A stretch of 64,000 nucleotides of DNA from an uncultured delta proteobacterium (GCA_963743525.1 CAVUQH010000003.1:1207221-1271220), one strand, 5' to 3'. Positions 34,283-47,344 are shown, counted from the first letter of the stretch. Translations and numbers: made by a program. The notes: a model not told the origin generated them from the sequence alone.

Positions 34283-34390
34283 AGGAGCGTGCGACCAAGG
34301 TGTGTCGCCCGGTTCGAGGGAGCCGCCAGGCGACCGTGCGTCGAGCAGCGCAACGCGTCTGCGTGTACGCGCCGCTGAGGAGCGTGCGAC
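34283..34390. repeat. 13-bp direct repeat AGGAGCGTGCGAC downstream of tRNA-Glu
   Basis: Identical copies at 34283-34295 and 34378-34390. Confidence 0.55.
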
Positions 34391-34409
34391 GAAGCGGCAG
34401 GAGATACAG

Positions 34410-34482
34410 CACCCCGTACGGGATTCGAACCCGTGTTGCCGGCGTGAGAGGCCGGTGTCCTAGGCCGCTAGACGAACGGGGC
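34410..34482 (-). tRNA. tRNA-Glu (anticodon CTC)
   Basis: GCCCCGTTCGTCTAGCGGCCTAGGACACCGGC-CTCTCAC-GCCGGCAACACGGGTTCGAATCCCGTACGGGGTG; cloverleaf; no encoded CCA. Confidence 0.97.
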
Positions 34483-34523
34483 AGGGCCGGGCGATCCTAC
34501 CCACGGTGGTGAGAGCGCCAAAG

Positions 34524-34595
34524 TTCGGGCGGGAGGACTCGAACCCCCAATGGCTGGACCAGAACCAGCTGTGTTGCCAATTACACCACGCCCGA
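34524..34595 (-). tRNA. tRNA-Gln (anticodon CTG)
   Basis: TCGGGCGTGGTGTAATTGGCAACACAGCTGG-TTCTGGT-CCAGCCATTGGGGGTTCGAGTCCTCCCGCCCGAA; U1-A72 pair. Confidence 0.96.
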
Positions 34596-34614
34596 GCGGT
34601 GGGGACGGACGACG

Positions 34615-35272
34615 CTATCCGACGGGACCGAGCGAACGCACACCCGACAGGGATCCGTCGAGGTTCACCAGGCGGCGGAAGCCGATGATCCGGCCGAGGG
34701 CCACGGCGGCTGTCTCGCGGCCGTACGCCTTGACCTCGCGCGGCGAACGACAGACCGGGGTCGACGGGCGACACCTGGGCCCGGAGCCCGAGCTCGTGGG
34801 CGATCCGATCGAGCCGGTACGCGTGGTAGTCGTCGCTCACCAGCACCACGTCGTCGATGTGCCGGTTGCGCAGGAACCGGGTGGCGGCGGCCAGCTGCTC
34901 CCAGGTGTTGTCGCCGTTCTCCTCGCGCAGGATGGCCGATTCGGGCACGTCGTGGGCGCGGAGGTACTCGTAGCCCGCCGCCGCCTCGGTGAAGCGGTCG
35001 CCGGGCTTCTTGCCGCCGGTCACGACGATGGTGCGGGCGACCCCCTGCTGGTACAGCTCGACGGCGTGGGCCAGGCGGCCTCGCAGCACCGGGGAGGGCC
35101 GGCCGTCGTACTGGGCGGCGCCGAGGACGATGATCGCCTGCGCCGGCCGGTGCGACTCGCGCCCGCTGGCCCACACCACCTGGGCGAACGTGATCAGCAG
35201 GTACGCCGCGCCGATCACGAACACGATCATCGCGGCGCGGACGGAAAGTCGCAGGAGGCGCCGGAAGATCAC
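34615..35272 (-). CDS. YdcF (DUF218) family protein
   Basis: AIIVLGAAQYDGRPSPVLRGRL, VVTGG, TEA, NTWE, VSDDYH. Confidence 0.9.
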
Positions 35273-35363
35273 CGCGGCGATGGTACTGACGGCCCCCGGC
35301 CCTCCCGGGCGCGCCGTTCGGGGTCCCCGTCGCGGCTCGCCGACGCGTGCCAGCCTGGCGAGC

Positions 35364-35804
35364 GTGGAGCAGATCATCGACGACGAGACCGCGGTCGTCA
35401 TCACCGGCGCTGCGGCCGTCCCGCCCGAGCAGGTGTGGCACACCATCGTGGACCGGACCGCCGACTGGTGGGGCGCCCCCTACCTCCCCGACGGGGGCGA
35501 CGCCATGCGGCTCGAGCCACGCCTCGGTGGCCGCGTGTGGTCGGGCGCGCCCGACGCCTCCGCAGGTGAGCTGCACGGCACGATCCGGGCGTTCGATCCG
35601 CCCGAGCGCCTGGAGATCGGCGGCGTGCTGGTGCCGGGCGCCTACGCCGGCTCGATCACCGTCACCATCGACCGCACCCGCTTCGGCTCCGAGATCCGGG
35701 TCGAGCAGATGGCACACGGGCGCATCGAAGCCGCCGTCGAGGAACGCATCGCCAACGGCTGGACCCGTCTGCTGGCGGCGCTCACCGCGCTGGCCGACGA
35801 GTAA
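35364..35804 (+). CDS. SRPBCC/AHSA1-like domain protein
   Basis: VPPEQVW..WW..LEPRLGG..FDPPERL..GWTRLL. Confidence 0.75.
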   Translation: MEQIIDDETAVVITGAAAVPPEQVWHTIVDRTADWWGAPYLPDGGDAMRLEPRLGGRVWSGAPDASAGELHGTIRAFDPPERLEIGGVLVPGAYAGSITVTIDRTRFGSEIRVEQMAHGRIEAAVEERIANGWTRLLAALTALADE

Positions 35805-35819
35805 CCGGGCCCGCGCCCG

Positions 35820-37167
35820 CTAGCCGAGCGCGGCGTCGACCTCGGCGGCCACCCGCTCGCCCGACTCGATGGCGCCGTCGATGTAGCCCATCCACCGCCG
35901 GGCGGTCTCGGTGCCGGCCCAGTGCAGGACGCCCACGGGGCGGCGCAGGCCCGGACCCAGCTGCGTCCAGGCACCCGGCGGCAGGTGGGCGCCGTAGCAG
36001 CCCCGCGTGAAGGGCTCCTCGCTCCAGTCGCGCTCGGCATAACCGATGGGGTCGGCCGCCCGCTCGCCCAGTGCGGACGTCAGGACCTCGACCACGTGCG
36101 CTCGGCGGCCTTCCTCGCCGAGATCGGCGGCGGCGATGGCCTGCGCCCCCTCGAAGAAGCCGGTGATCACGCCGCGTGTCCCGTCCGGCGGTGAGCAGTC
36201 GAACGTCACGTCGATGCGGCCCCCGACGTCGAGCACCTCGCCCGACAGCCCGTCGTCTCGCCACCAGGGTGATGCGTAGACGACGTGGAACTTGATGACC
36301 GAACCGGCCGGCATGCGCTGGGTGAGCTGGTCGCGCCAGGCGGGCAACGCCGGCGAGTAGTCGAGCCGCCCGGCCAGGGTGGGCGGGATGGCCACCACGG
36401 CGCGCCGGGCGGTGACCGACCCGCCGTCGTGGGCGACCTCGACACCGTCGTCGCCGTGCGCGATGCGACGAACCGGCGCACCGAGCTGCACCACATCGCC
36501 CAGCGAGCCGGCCAGCGCCTCGGCCAAGGGGCGCACGCCGCCGACCAGCCGGTCCTGCTGGGCGCCTCCCTCGGTGTCGGTCAGCCGGCTCCAGCCGCCT
36601 GCGGAGGCGCAGTAGAAGCAGAAGTGCAGCACCGAGATGTTGGCCGGCTCGGTGGCGAACACGGCCTGGATGCCGAGCGTCAGCAGGTCGACGGCCTCGG
36701 CGTCGGGCATGTGCTGGGCCATCCAGCTGGCCATGGTGGTGGCGTCGAGGGTCTGGGCGTCGGGTCCGGCCCACGGCTCGTCGACGTCGACGGTCTGGCT
36801 GAGCTCCTCGAGCGCGCCGACGGCCTCGAGGTAGCCGACGATGGCGTCGTCGGGAACGCCGTCGACGAAGCTCCCCGCCCGCCGGCGGGTCCCGGCACGC
36901 AGGACGACGGCGTCACCGAGCTCGTGCTGTGGGAACGTCTCGACGCCGAACTCGGCGGCCAGGTCGTACAGGCGCTGCTGGCCGGGACCGACCCACTGGC
37001 CGCCCAGGTCGACCACCGCACCCGCCACCTCGGTGGTGTCGGTGCGCCCGCCCACCCGGTCGCGGGCCTCGAGCACGCGTACCGAGCGGCCGGCCTCGAT
37101 CAGGCGGCGGGCGGCGGTGAGGCCGGCGAACCCGGCCCCGATGCACGACGACGTCGATGTCGGGCAC
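35820..37167 (-). CDS. Flavin monoamine oxidase family protein
   Basis: IGAGFAGL, LEARDRVGGR, DLGGQW, HWAGTETA..GYIDGAIESGER. Confidence 0.93.
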
Positions 37168-37188
37168 GGCCCGAGCATCGCACACACG

Positions 37189-37702
37189 TCAGCCGTTGCG
37201 GGCCAGGTACTCGTCGGGGTCGCGGTCCTCGGCGTCGATGCCGCCGGCGTGCTCGGCCTCGTAGCGGGCGAACTGCACGCCCAGGCGGTGGCGCTCGTCG
37301 AGGTCGCTGTGCTGGCGGAAGTCGGCCAGCGCCTGGCGCTCCTCCTCACCCATGTGGTCGCTGTTGGACTCGCGCGTCTGCACCACGCCGTCCCACCAGC
37401 CGTCGCTGCCGACCTCGTGCTCGGCCGCCGCCGCGATGCCGTCACGGATGTCGTTGTGGTCGGTGATGGCGTCCTCGGTCTCCTCCTCGGCGTCGTCGGC
37501 GTCGGTGGCCCCGGTGCCGATGTCGAGCAGACGGCGGGTAGAAGAGGTCCTCCTCGGCGGCGGCGTGGACCTCGAGCAGGACGCAGAGCCGATCCCACAC
37601 GGCGGCCAGCGTGTCGGTGTCGTCACGATCGATGTCGTCGAGCATGGCGAACATGCGCCGTTGCTCGTCGTGGTCGCGGAGGATCAGCTCGGTGATGTCC
37701 AT
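37189..37702 (-). CDS. Hemerythrin-like (HHE) domain protein (frameshifted)
   Basis: ILRDH, HAAAEEDLFYP, DHNDIR, HMGEEE. Confidence 0.88.
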
Positions 37703-37757
37703 GCGGTGCGCTCTACCCCGGAGGGACACCGTGCATGTCTCGGGCGATGTCGTCGGG

Positions 37758-38290
37758 TCAGTCGTCGAGCGACAGCTGGTCGCGCCAGTCGGCGGCGTGG
37801 CGCCGGGCGACCTCGTCGGGAGTCTGGCGCAGCACCTCGGCCGGCACCATGTCGGCGATGCGGCGCAGCTCCATGTAGTGGTGGAAGTGGCCCACCTCTT
37901 CGAACAGCTCGCTGCGCAGACGGACCAGCGCCGGATCGGCCTCGGCGTCGAGGAACCCGAACAGGATGGCGGCGACGCGCAGGTCGTGCATCACCGGTGC
38001 CCGACCGACGATCGACGCCCGCTTGAGGGCGACGGCGACGATGCCGACCAGGGCGTCGGCGGCGTGCTCGCCGGCGGTGAGCTGCAGCTCGGGCTCGAGG
38101 AGCCGGGCCAGCTTGAGGGCGTACCCCTGGTCGGGCCCGGGGCTCCCAGGGCGTCGCCCGTGGGCTGGCGGTGCTCGTCGGCGAAGTCGGCGGGACGCTC
38201 GGCCCGCCACGTGTCGGGCCGTCGGGGCGGCGACACGTAGGCGCGGACGGTGTCGGTCGGCTTCGTCGGGACGTGCTCGGGCGCTGCCAC
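37758..38290 (-). CDS. Hypothetical protein (one frameshift)
   Basis: MAAPEHVP..SPPRRPDTW..PGPDQGYALKL..KRASIVGRAPVMHDL.. Confidence 0.7.
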
Positions 38291-38300
38291 GGACCTGATG

Positions 38301-38727
38301 CTAGGGCGGCACCGGCTCGGCGATGAAGATCGGCCGCGGCGCGACGTCGTCGATGTCGACGGCGAGGGCGGGGACCTCCCACAGCCAGCGCTGGCGGCTG
38401 AGGTCGCGGTCGGGGTCGCCGGGGAAGTTCGGGTACTTGCGGTCCATGAGCTCGCCGACCAGCCGGCGCTCGTCGCTGCGCCCGGCGGGGCGGGCCGTGC
38501 CGTGGAAGCGCCGGTCGCCCACCACGACCTCGACGTCGTCGTCGGCCATGGCGTTGCGGTACCAGTCGGCCTCGGTGCCGCTGCCCGACAGGACGTAGAC
38601 CGCCGGTACCGGTGCTGCAGAACCAGATCTCGATCTCGTGGCGGCGGCCGCTCTGGCGACCGGTCGTGACCAGGACGCAGACGTCCTCCTCGGCCTCGCG
38701 CTCGGTCAGGACGGTGCTCTGCGCCAT
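38301..38727 (-). CDS. Deazaflavin (F420)-dependent nitroreductase-like protein (frameshifted)
   Basis: LVTTGRQSGRRHEIEIWF, ADWYRN, RKY. Confidence 0.78.
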
Positions 38728-38738
38728 CGGGTCTCCCG

Positions 38739-40374
38739 TCAGCTCTCGGTGTGCAGCAGGCCGTAGACGATGGCGTCGATGAGGGCGATCCACGACGCCT
38801 CGATCACGTTCTCGGACACGCCGACGGTGAACCAGGAGCCGTCGCCGTCGGACGACTCGATCAGCACCCGGGTGACCGCCTCGGTGCCGACGGCGGTGTC
38901 GAGCACCCGGACCCGGTAGTCGACCAGGTGGATGCGCGCCAGCGCCGGGAAGTGGCCGTTGAGCGCCCGGCGCAGCGCCTGGTCGAGGGCGTTGACCGGG
39001 CCGTTGCCCTCGCCCACCGCGATGCGCCGGTCGTCGCCGATCCAGACCTTGACGGTGGCCTCGTTGGTGAGCTCGATGCTCGCCGTCGACGCCGGGCTCG
39101 ACCGGCCCGGGCCTTCGCGGTGGTAGGAGCTGACCCGGTAGGACTCGACGCCGGAAGTAGTCCTGGTGCCAGCCGGTGGCCCGGCGCATGAGCAGCTCGA
39201 GCGAGGCGTCGGCGGCCTCGAACACGTAGCCCTGCGCCTCGAGGTCGTTGACCGCTTGGCCAGCTCGGCCGAGGCCTGGGCGTCGAGCGCGATGCCGAAC
39301 TCCTCGGCCTTCATGCTCATGCCGGCCCGCCCGCCGAGGTCGGACACCAGCACCCGGGTGTGGTTGCCGACCGCGGCCGGATCGACGTGCTCGTAGGCTT
39401 GGAGCCGGCCTTGCCCAGCGCCGAGGTGTGCAGGCCGCCCTTGTGGGCGAACGCCGACGTGCCCACGTAGGGATCGGCGGCGTGCGGCGGCAGGTTGACC
39501 AGCTCGGAGACGTGGCGGGAGACCTGCGTGAGCCGGCCGATGTTGCCCTCGGGCAGGCAGCGGATGCCCATCTTCAGCTCGAGGTTGGGGATGCAGGTCA
39601 TCAGGTTGGCGTTGCCCGTGCGCTCGCCGTAGCCGTTGACCGTGCCCTGGAGGTGGGTGGCGCCGCCGACCACGGCGGCGATGGAGTTGGCCACCGCGCA
39701 GCCCGTGTCGTTCTGGGTGTGGATGCCGATCTGGACGTCGTCGCCGAAGTGGCCACGATCTCGGCGGTGATCGCTGCGACCTCGTGGGGCAGCGAGCCAC
39801 CGTTGGTGTCGCACAGCACCAGGCACTCGGCGCCCTCGATGGCGGCGGCCTCGAGCACCCGGTAGCACGAACTCGGGGTTGGCCTTGTAGCCGTCGAAGC
39901 AGTGCTCGGCGTCGAAGAACACCCGCAGCCCGGCGGCCGCGCAGGAACGCGCACCGAGTCGCCGACCATGGCCACGCCTTCGTCGAGCGTGGTGCCGAGC
40001 GCCTCGGTCACGTGGAAGTCCCACGACTTGCCGACGATGCAGGCGGTGGACGTGCCGGCCTCGACCAGGGCCCGCAGCGTGGGGTCGCTGTCGGTCTTGC
40101 CGGCCGGCTTGCGGGTGGACCCGAACGCCACCAGGTCGGCCGTGCCCAGCGCGAGCTCGGACGGCGCCCGGCGGAAGAACTCCTGCGTCCTTGGGGTTGG
40201 CCTGCGGGTAGCCGCCCTCGATCCAGCGCACGCCGAGGTGGTCGAGCTGCTCGGCGATGCGCAGCTTGTCGTCGACCGAGAGCGAGATGCCCTCGAACTG
40301 GGCGCCGTCCCGCAGCGTCGTGTCGAAGATGTCGACCGTCGCTGACGCTCGCCGGGGTCGGCGCCCGTGGTCAT
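38739..40374 (-). CDS. cimA: Citramalate synthase (frameshifted)
   Basis: [67 protein letters not shown]. Confidence 0.9.
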
Positions 40375-41290
40375 GCACAGCTCGACCCAGTCCTTGTACC
40401 TGGGCACCTCGCCGCGCACGACCTTGGCGTACTCCTCGGCGATGGCGGCGGTCATCGGGCCCGGGCACGGGATGGGCCGGTCGTCGACGCTGTTGACCGC
40501 GGAGACCTCGGCGGCGGTGCCGCAGACGAACATCTCCTCGGCGACGTAGAGGTCGGAGCGGGCCAGGTCGCCGACCACGACCTCGAAGCCGAGGTCGTCG
40601 GCGATGGCGTGCACCGTGTACTGGGTGATGCCCTCGAGCGCGCCCGAGCTGACAGCGGCGGGCGTGATGAGCTTGCCGTGGCGGGCCACGAAGATGTTCT
40701 CGCCCGTGCACTCCGACACCAGGCCCTGCGGGTTGAGCATGATCGCCTCGTCGTAGCCGGCCTTGAGCGCCTCGACCTTGGCCAGCGACGAGTTGACGTA
40801 GTTGCCGGTGGTCTTCGACGCCGGCGGCATCGTGTTGTGGTCGTGGCGGGTCCACGACGAGATCTTCATGCGCACGCCCTTGGTGGCGGCGTCGTCGCCC
40901 AGGTAGGCGCCCCACGGCCAGCAGGCGATGGCCACGTCGACCGAGCAGGGCAGGGTGTTGAGCCCCATCTCGCCGTAGCCGTAGTAGGCGATCGGGCCGG
41001 ATGTAGCACGACGGCAGGCCCGACTCGCGCACGACCAGCTTGGTGGCCTCGACCAGCTCGTCGACCGAGTACGGCAGCTCCATCATCATGATCTTGGCCG
41101 AGTTGTGCAGACGCTCGATGTGGTCGGTGAGCCGGAAGATGCCGGGGCCGTCGGAGGTCTCGTAGGCGCGGATGCCCTCGAACACGCCCATGCCGTAGTG
41201 CAGCGAGTGGGTGAGCACGTGGATCTGGGCGTCGTCCCAGGCGATGAGCTCGCCGTTCATCCAGATCTTCTCGGTGGGCGTGATGGGCAT
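40371..41290 (-). CDS. ilvE: Branched-chain amino acid aminotransferase (frameshifted)
   Basis: [48 protein letters not shown]. Confidence 0.95.
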
Positions 41291-41358
41291 GGCGTGCTCC
41301 GTGTCGTGGCTGTCCGACGAGTCTCCGGCGGCGGTGTCCGAGGTCGTGCCCGGATGGC

Positions 41359-42346
<988 letters not shown>

Positions 42347-42394
42347 GGCGTCAAACGTAGGACCGCTCCCGAGAGGCGGACGAATGCGGAGCCG

Positions 42395-44145
42395 CTACCA
42401 GAGGCGGATGGGCGGCGACACGTTGGTGAGCGGGAGGTAGTGGGAGAGGATCTCCCCTTCGACCAGCACCGACAGCACGATGGCGATGATCGCCCAGGTG
42501 CCGATCGAGTCGAGGATCCGCCAGCTGGTCTTGGCGCCGTGCTCGACGTCGGCGACCGGGATCACCTGGGGCTCGGTCGACCGACCCGCTTGTTGAAGAT
42601 GGTGCCGAACGACGACGATGAAGAAGCACACGCCGCCGAGGAACATGATCGTGCCGCCCACTGCGGTGAGCATCGTCGGCCAGTGCCAGTTGGTTGTCGG
42701 CGTAGTAGATCGAGATCGCGCAGCTGGGTGCGGCGGGGCACGCCCTCGATGCCGCCCCACATCTGGCCCCGGGCGAAGATCAGCACGCCGATGAACCACG
42801 ATCCAGCCCTGGGCCACGGCCAGGCCGGGCGAGAAGAGCTGCTTGCCGGTGAGGTACGGCACCAGCCAGTAGGCGATGCCCATGATCGACAGGGCCACGG
42901 CGCGTGCCCACCGTCAGGTGGAAGTGCCCGACGATGAACGACGTGTTGTGGACGACCAGGTTCACCGTGTAGCTGGCGTTGATCAGGCCGCTGGCGCCGC
43001 CGAGCATGAACGCCAGGCCGGCGAGCAGCTGGGCGCTGACCGACGGGTCGTCCCAGGGCAGCTTCCAGATCCAGCCGAGCAGGCCCTTGCCGCCGCGCTT
43101 CCGGCCGCCCTGCTCGAGGGCGGCGAAGACCGAGAAGGCGGTGACCATGCGACGGGTAGAAGATGCCGAACGTCAGCAGCCACGTGGATGGTCTTCGGAC
43201 GAGAACGGGATGCCCGGGTCGGTGAACTGGTGGTGCACGCCGACGGGCAGCAGCACCAGGAACGAGATGAAGACGATGCGGGTCAGGCCGTCGCTGTAGA
43301 GCTTGCCGCCCACCTGCTTGGGCAGCAGCGAAGTACCACGAGCAGTAGATCGGCAGCAGCCAGAAGTAGACGATCGGGTGGCCGGTGAACCAGAACAGGA
43401 TCCGGGTGAACTGCGGGTCGATGGTGTCGCGCCAGCCCAGCGACCACGGGAGCACGAAGGCCAGGAACTCGATGGCGATGCCGATCGAGGCCAGGAACCA
43501 CATCGAGCATCGATGACGATGCAGGCGAAGGCCAGCAGCGGGATGCGCTCGCCCGCGGTGCTCGCGCCGCCACGCCCGCAGCGTGAGCAGCTGGTTCAGC
43601 AGGGTGATCCAGGTCGAGACGACCAGGAGCACGGCGCCGATGTAGAACGCCGGCGTGCGCGGCCAGCGGCGGGTAGAAGGTGAACAGCACCGTCGGCCTT
43701 GTTGGCCAGGATCGCCCAGGCGGCCAGGGCCACCCCGCCCCAACCGCAGATACAGCGACGCGCTGCGCCAGGGCCCGGCTGTGCATCGGGCCGGCCGAGG
43801 CCGCGCATGGTGAGCAGCGGCATGAAGGCGTTGGCGAAGCTGAACGTGAAGATCAGCGCCAGCGCCACCCCGTGGAGCGTGAGGCCCTGGTAGTAGGTCT
43901 GGATGACCGGGACCTCGTCGTAGAGGTTGGACCCGCCTCGCTCCATGGCCTGCAGGAAGCCCATGAGCACGCCGAGGCACAGCCCGGTGAGGGCCAGGTA
44001 GAGGTGCCACTTCACCGGCCGCAGGTCGGCGTGGCTGAGGAAGGGCATGTCGATCTGCCACGACCGGGCGCGCCGGACCTCGGGTTCGGACGTGCCCTCG
44101 GGTTCGGGCGGCGGGGTCGGGCGTCGGTTCGTCGAGCAGTGTCAC
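42395..44145 (-). CDS. cbaA: B-family (ba3-type) heme-copper oxidase subunit I (many frameshifts)
   Basis: YYQGLTLHG, FTFYPPL, LFWFTGHPIVYFWLLP, VGVHHQF, NASYTVNLVVHNT, GHFHLTVG, GVPRR. Confidence 0.92.
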
Positions 44146-44624
44146 TGTTCGCCTCCCGTCACGATGATCGGCCGCCCATGGTGTGGTGCTGGATGCCGCA
44201 GTACTCATGGCAGATCATCGAGTGCTCGCCCGGCCTCGTCGAAGGTGACCTCGAACTCGGACGATCTGACCGGGGATGATCATCGAGTTGGCGTTGGTGC
44301 CCGGGATCCGGAACCCGTGGACCACGTCGATCGACGTGAGCTGGAAGTGCGCCGTCGCCCCGACCGGCAGCTCGATCTCCGTCGGGGTCGAACTGCCAGG
44401 CCTGGGCGATCGATCACCACGTCGTAGTCGCCGTCGCTGCGCTGGTGGACGCCGGGGTCGTCGAACGGCGCCGGTCTGGGACACCAGCTTGGGGTCGATC
44501 CGCTGGGACGACTCGGGGAACGGGCGTGCTGGCCGGCGATGGTCATGATCAGCGCCACGACCGCCACTGCCAGGAAGCCGGCGACGGCCATCATGAACCA
44601 GCGTTCGTACTTCTCGATCTTCAT
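44142..44624 (-). CDS. cbaB: ba3-type oxidase subunit II (CuA) (frameshifted)
   Basis: MKIEKYERWF + TM, TSIDVVHGF, CHEYCGIQHHTM. Confidence 0.9.
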
Positions 44625-44632
44625 GCGCCGCC

Positions 44633-44784
44633 TCAGCTGCGCTCGAGGAGCGTGAAGTACATCCACGACCAACATCGCCGCGATCAAGAGGATGAACAGC
44701 AGCATGAGGACGAACGTCCCCCGGGGCTGGTCCTCGTCGTCGCGCGTCGTGCGTGGCCGGGTCGGACGCGTCGGCCTCGGTCAC
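44633..44784 (-). CDS. cbaD: ba3-type oxidase subunit IIa (single TM)
   Basis: Reconstructed ..DEDQPRGTFVLMLLFILLIAAM..W..YF..ERS; position immediately before subunit II. Confidence 0.65.
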
Positions 44785-45313
44785 GACGTGACCTCGAGCG
44801 TGCCGTGCATGCCGGCGCTGAAGTGCCCGGCGATGGTGCAGATGAACTGGTAGCTGCCCGGCGGCAGGTTGACGGTGCCCGACGTCGGTGGCGCCGGCCT
44901 GGGCCGATCAACGACGTGACGATCGAGCGACGGGTCGAACTCGGCCTCGTCGGTCGATCGTGGTGCCCGCCTCGCAGGACCGTCCAGTTGTGCTCGACGG
45001 CAGCCGACGTTGTCGAGCGTCGACCGACACGTCGGTGTCGGCGGCGATGCTGGCGTCGGCGGGATCGAACGCGAACTCGCTGGCGTCGAAGGTCGCCGAG
45101 GTCTGCGGGCCCGACGGGGCCGGCGCGGCGGTGTTGTCGTTGTTCATCGCCAGGAAGAGGGCGACGAAGGAGACGGCGAGGGCGACCAGCACCCCGACCG
45201 TGACCACGGCCAGCCAGGCCGACTGGCCGGCACCGAACATCAGCTCGGTGCTCGGGCGGAGGCAGCGGCGCAGCCGCGCTCTCCTGTTCGTTCACGTCCA
45301 CGTCGTCGGCCAA
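44781..45313 (-). CDS. Membrane-anchored type-1 blue copper protein (cupredoxin; frameshifted)
   Basis: N-terminal TM, SEFAFDP, VEHNW, PGSYQFICTIAGHFSAGMHGTLEV (C-x4-H-x4-M). Confidence 0.82.
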
Positions 45314-45445
45314 ACCTGCCCCCTGGTCGAGTCGTTTCAGATGTCCCGGCTGGTTGTCTACCGGATCGGGGTCGTCCCGTGCTGGGATCGCGGACGCAGC
45401 TCACGGAGAAAGTGCCGCTGGCGAGCAGCCGGTAGCGTCGATGAG

Positions 45446-45915
45446 ATGGCTGACACCCACGAGCTGACGCAGGCGGCCTACGACCGCCTCAAGGCCGAGT
45501 ACGAGGACCTCACCACCCGCGGTCGGGTCGACATCGCCCGCAAGATCGAGACGGCGCGCGAGCTCGGCGACCTCTCCGAGAACGGCGACTACCACGCCGC
45601 CAAGGAGGAGCAGGGGAAGATGGAGGGCCGCATCGCCCACCTCGCGCCGATCCTCGAGAACCACGCCATCGTCGAGCCCGGCGCCGGGCACGAGATCCGG
45701 GTCGGCTCCGTGGTCGAGATCCGCTACGAGGGCGACGACGACACCGAGACCTACCTGATCGGCTCCATCGAGGAGCGCCACGCCGACCTCGAGGTCATGA
45801 GCCCGGGCTCCCCGCTGGGCGAGGCGCTGCTCGGCCGCAAGGCGGGCGACACCATCCAGTACGAGACGCCGACGGGCGCGACCCTCAAGGTCGAGATCGT
45901 CGACATCGTGCGTGA
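45446..45915 (+). CDS. greA: Transcription elongation factor GreA (3' end approximate)
   Basis: ARELGDLSENGDYHAAKEEQ, SPLGEALLG. Confidence 0.96.
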
Positions 45916-46810
45916 GCACGGCTGCGCCTCCGCTCCCGGCGGGTCGTCGCATCGAGTTGCCCGGCCGGGGCACCACGTTCGTCCGCGAGCTCGCCGGGTC
46001 CGGCCGGCGCGCCCACGGTGGTGCTGCTGCACGGCTGGACGGTCTCGGCCGACCTCAACTGGTTCACCGCCTACGAGGCGCTCGGCCGCCGCTACCGGGT
46101 GCTCGCCATCGACCACCGGGGCCACGGTCGCGGCATCCGGTCGCGCCGGCGGTTCCGCCTGGCCGACTGCGCCGACGACGTCGCCGCGCTGTGCGAGCAC
46201 CTGGGCATCGAGCGGGTCATCCCGGTCGGCTACTCGATGGGCGGCCCCATCGCCCTGCTCACCTGGCATCGCCACCGCGACCTCGTCGACGGCCTGGTGC
46301 TGTGCGCCACCGCCCCCTACTTCCGTGGCAGCGGACCCGAGAGCACGCTCTTCTCGATGCTCCCGCTGGTGGCCAACGCCGCCCGGCTGACGCCGCAGGC
46401 GCTGCGCCACCGCGTGGCTTCGCGCCTGCTCGGCACCCGGACCGACGACACCGACATCGGACGGTGGGCGCGCGCCGAGATCGTGCGCTCCGACGCCGCC
46501 GCCGTAGCCGACGCCGGCGCCTCGCTCGGTCGCTTCGACGCCCGCCCGTGGCTGCACGAGATCGACGTCCCCACCGCGGTCGTCCGGACGTTGCAGGACA
46601 ACGCCGTGCCGCCGCACCGCCAGACGATGCTGGCCGAGCACATCCCGGATGCCGCGCGTCGTCGACGTCAACGCCGACCACACGGCCTGCGTGACGGCCT
46701 GGGACCGCTTCGTGCCCGCGCTGCTCACCGGACTGCAGCACGTGACGGGGGCAGCCACCGAGTCGGCCAGCCGGCCGATCAGCACCAACCCTATTCGCGG
46801 ACGGTACTGA
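45912..46810 (+). CDS. Alpha/beta hydrolase (frameshifted)
   Basis: VLLHGW, DHRGHGRG, GYSMGG, DNAVPP, DH. Confidence 0.9.
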
Positions 46811-46811
46811 G

Positions 46812-47288
46812 TCAGACCAGGTAGGTGGCGGGGCGGTCGACACCTCGCACGGCACCGACCAGGCCCCGGCCGGCCACCGCGTCGACGAGCTGGTCGACCA
46901 GCGTGGTGGTCATGGCCTCCTTGCCGATCACGATGTCGGCGCCGGCACCCACCGCCTCGCGACGGTGCAGGTCGTCGGCGTAGCCGGTGACCACGGCCAA
47001 CGTCACGGCGTGGCCCAGGCTGCGGCGCAGGCGCTCGAGCAGCCAGATGCCGTCGCGGCCCACCAGGTACAGGTCGACCAGGACGAGGTCGGGCAGGGTC
47101 CGTCGCGCCAGGTACAGGCCGTGCCGGGCCTCGCCGGCCTCGCCGATCACGTCGAAGCGGCCGTCGCTCTGCAGCTGCACGCCCAGCAGGAACCGGACGT
47201 CGTCGCAGTCGTCGACCACCACGGTGCGGATGGCCGTTCCACGCGCCACGGCGCGCGGGTTCTCTCCCTCGATCCCCAGATCACTCAT
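46812..47288 (-). CDS. Single-domain response regulator (REC)
   Basis: VVDD, PDLVLVD, DG, VTG, GAD..IGK; no output domain. Confidence 0.8.
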   Translation of the reverse strand: MSDLGIEGENPRAVARGTAIRTVVVDDCDDVRFLLGVQLQSDGRFDVIGEAGEARHGLYLARRTLPDLVLVDLYLVGRDGIWLLERLRRSLGHAVTLAVVTGYADDLHRREAVGAGADIVIGKEAMTTTLVDQLVDAVAGRGLVGAVRGVDRPATYLV

Positions 47289-47344
47289 GCGGGGGATATC
47301 GGCACAACCGCCGGAACCTTGACGAATTGTCGGAATTTTCTGGT

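Noticed and set aside
34410..34595. tRNA-anchored genomic island
   Set aside because: No integrase, and I found no duplicated tRNA 3' end in the window.
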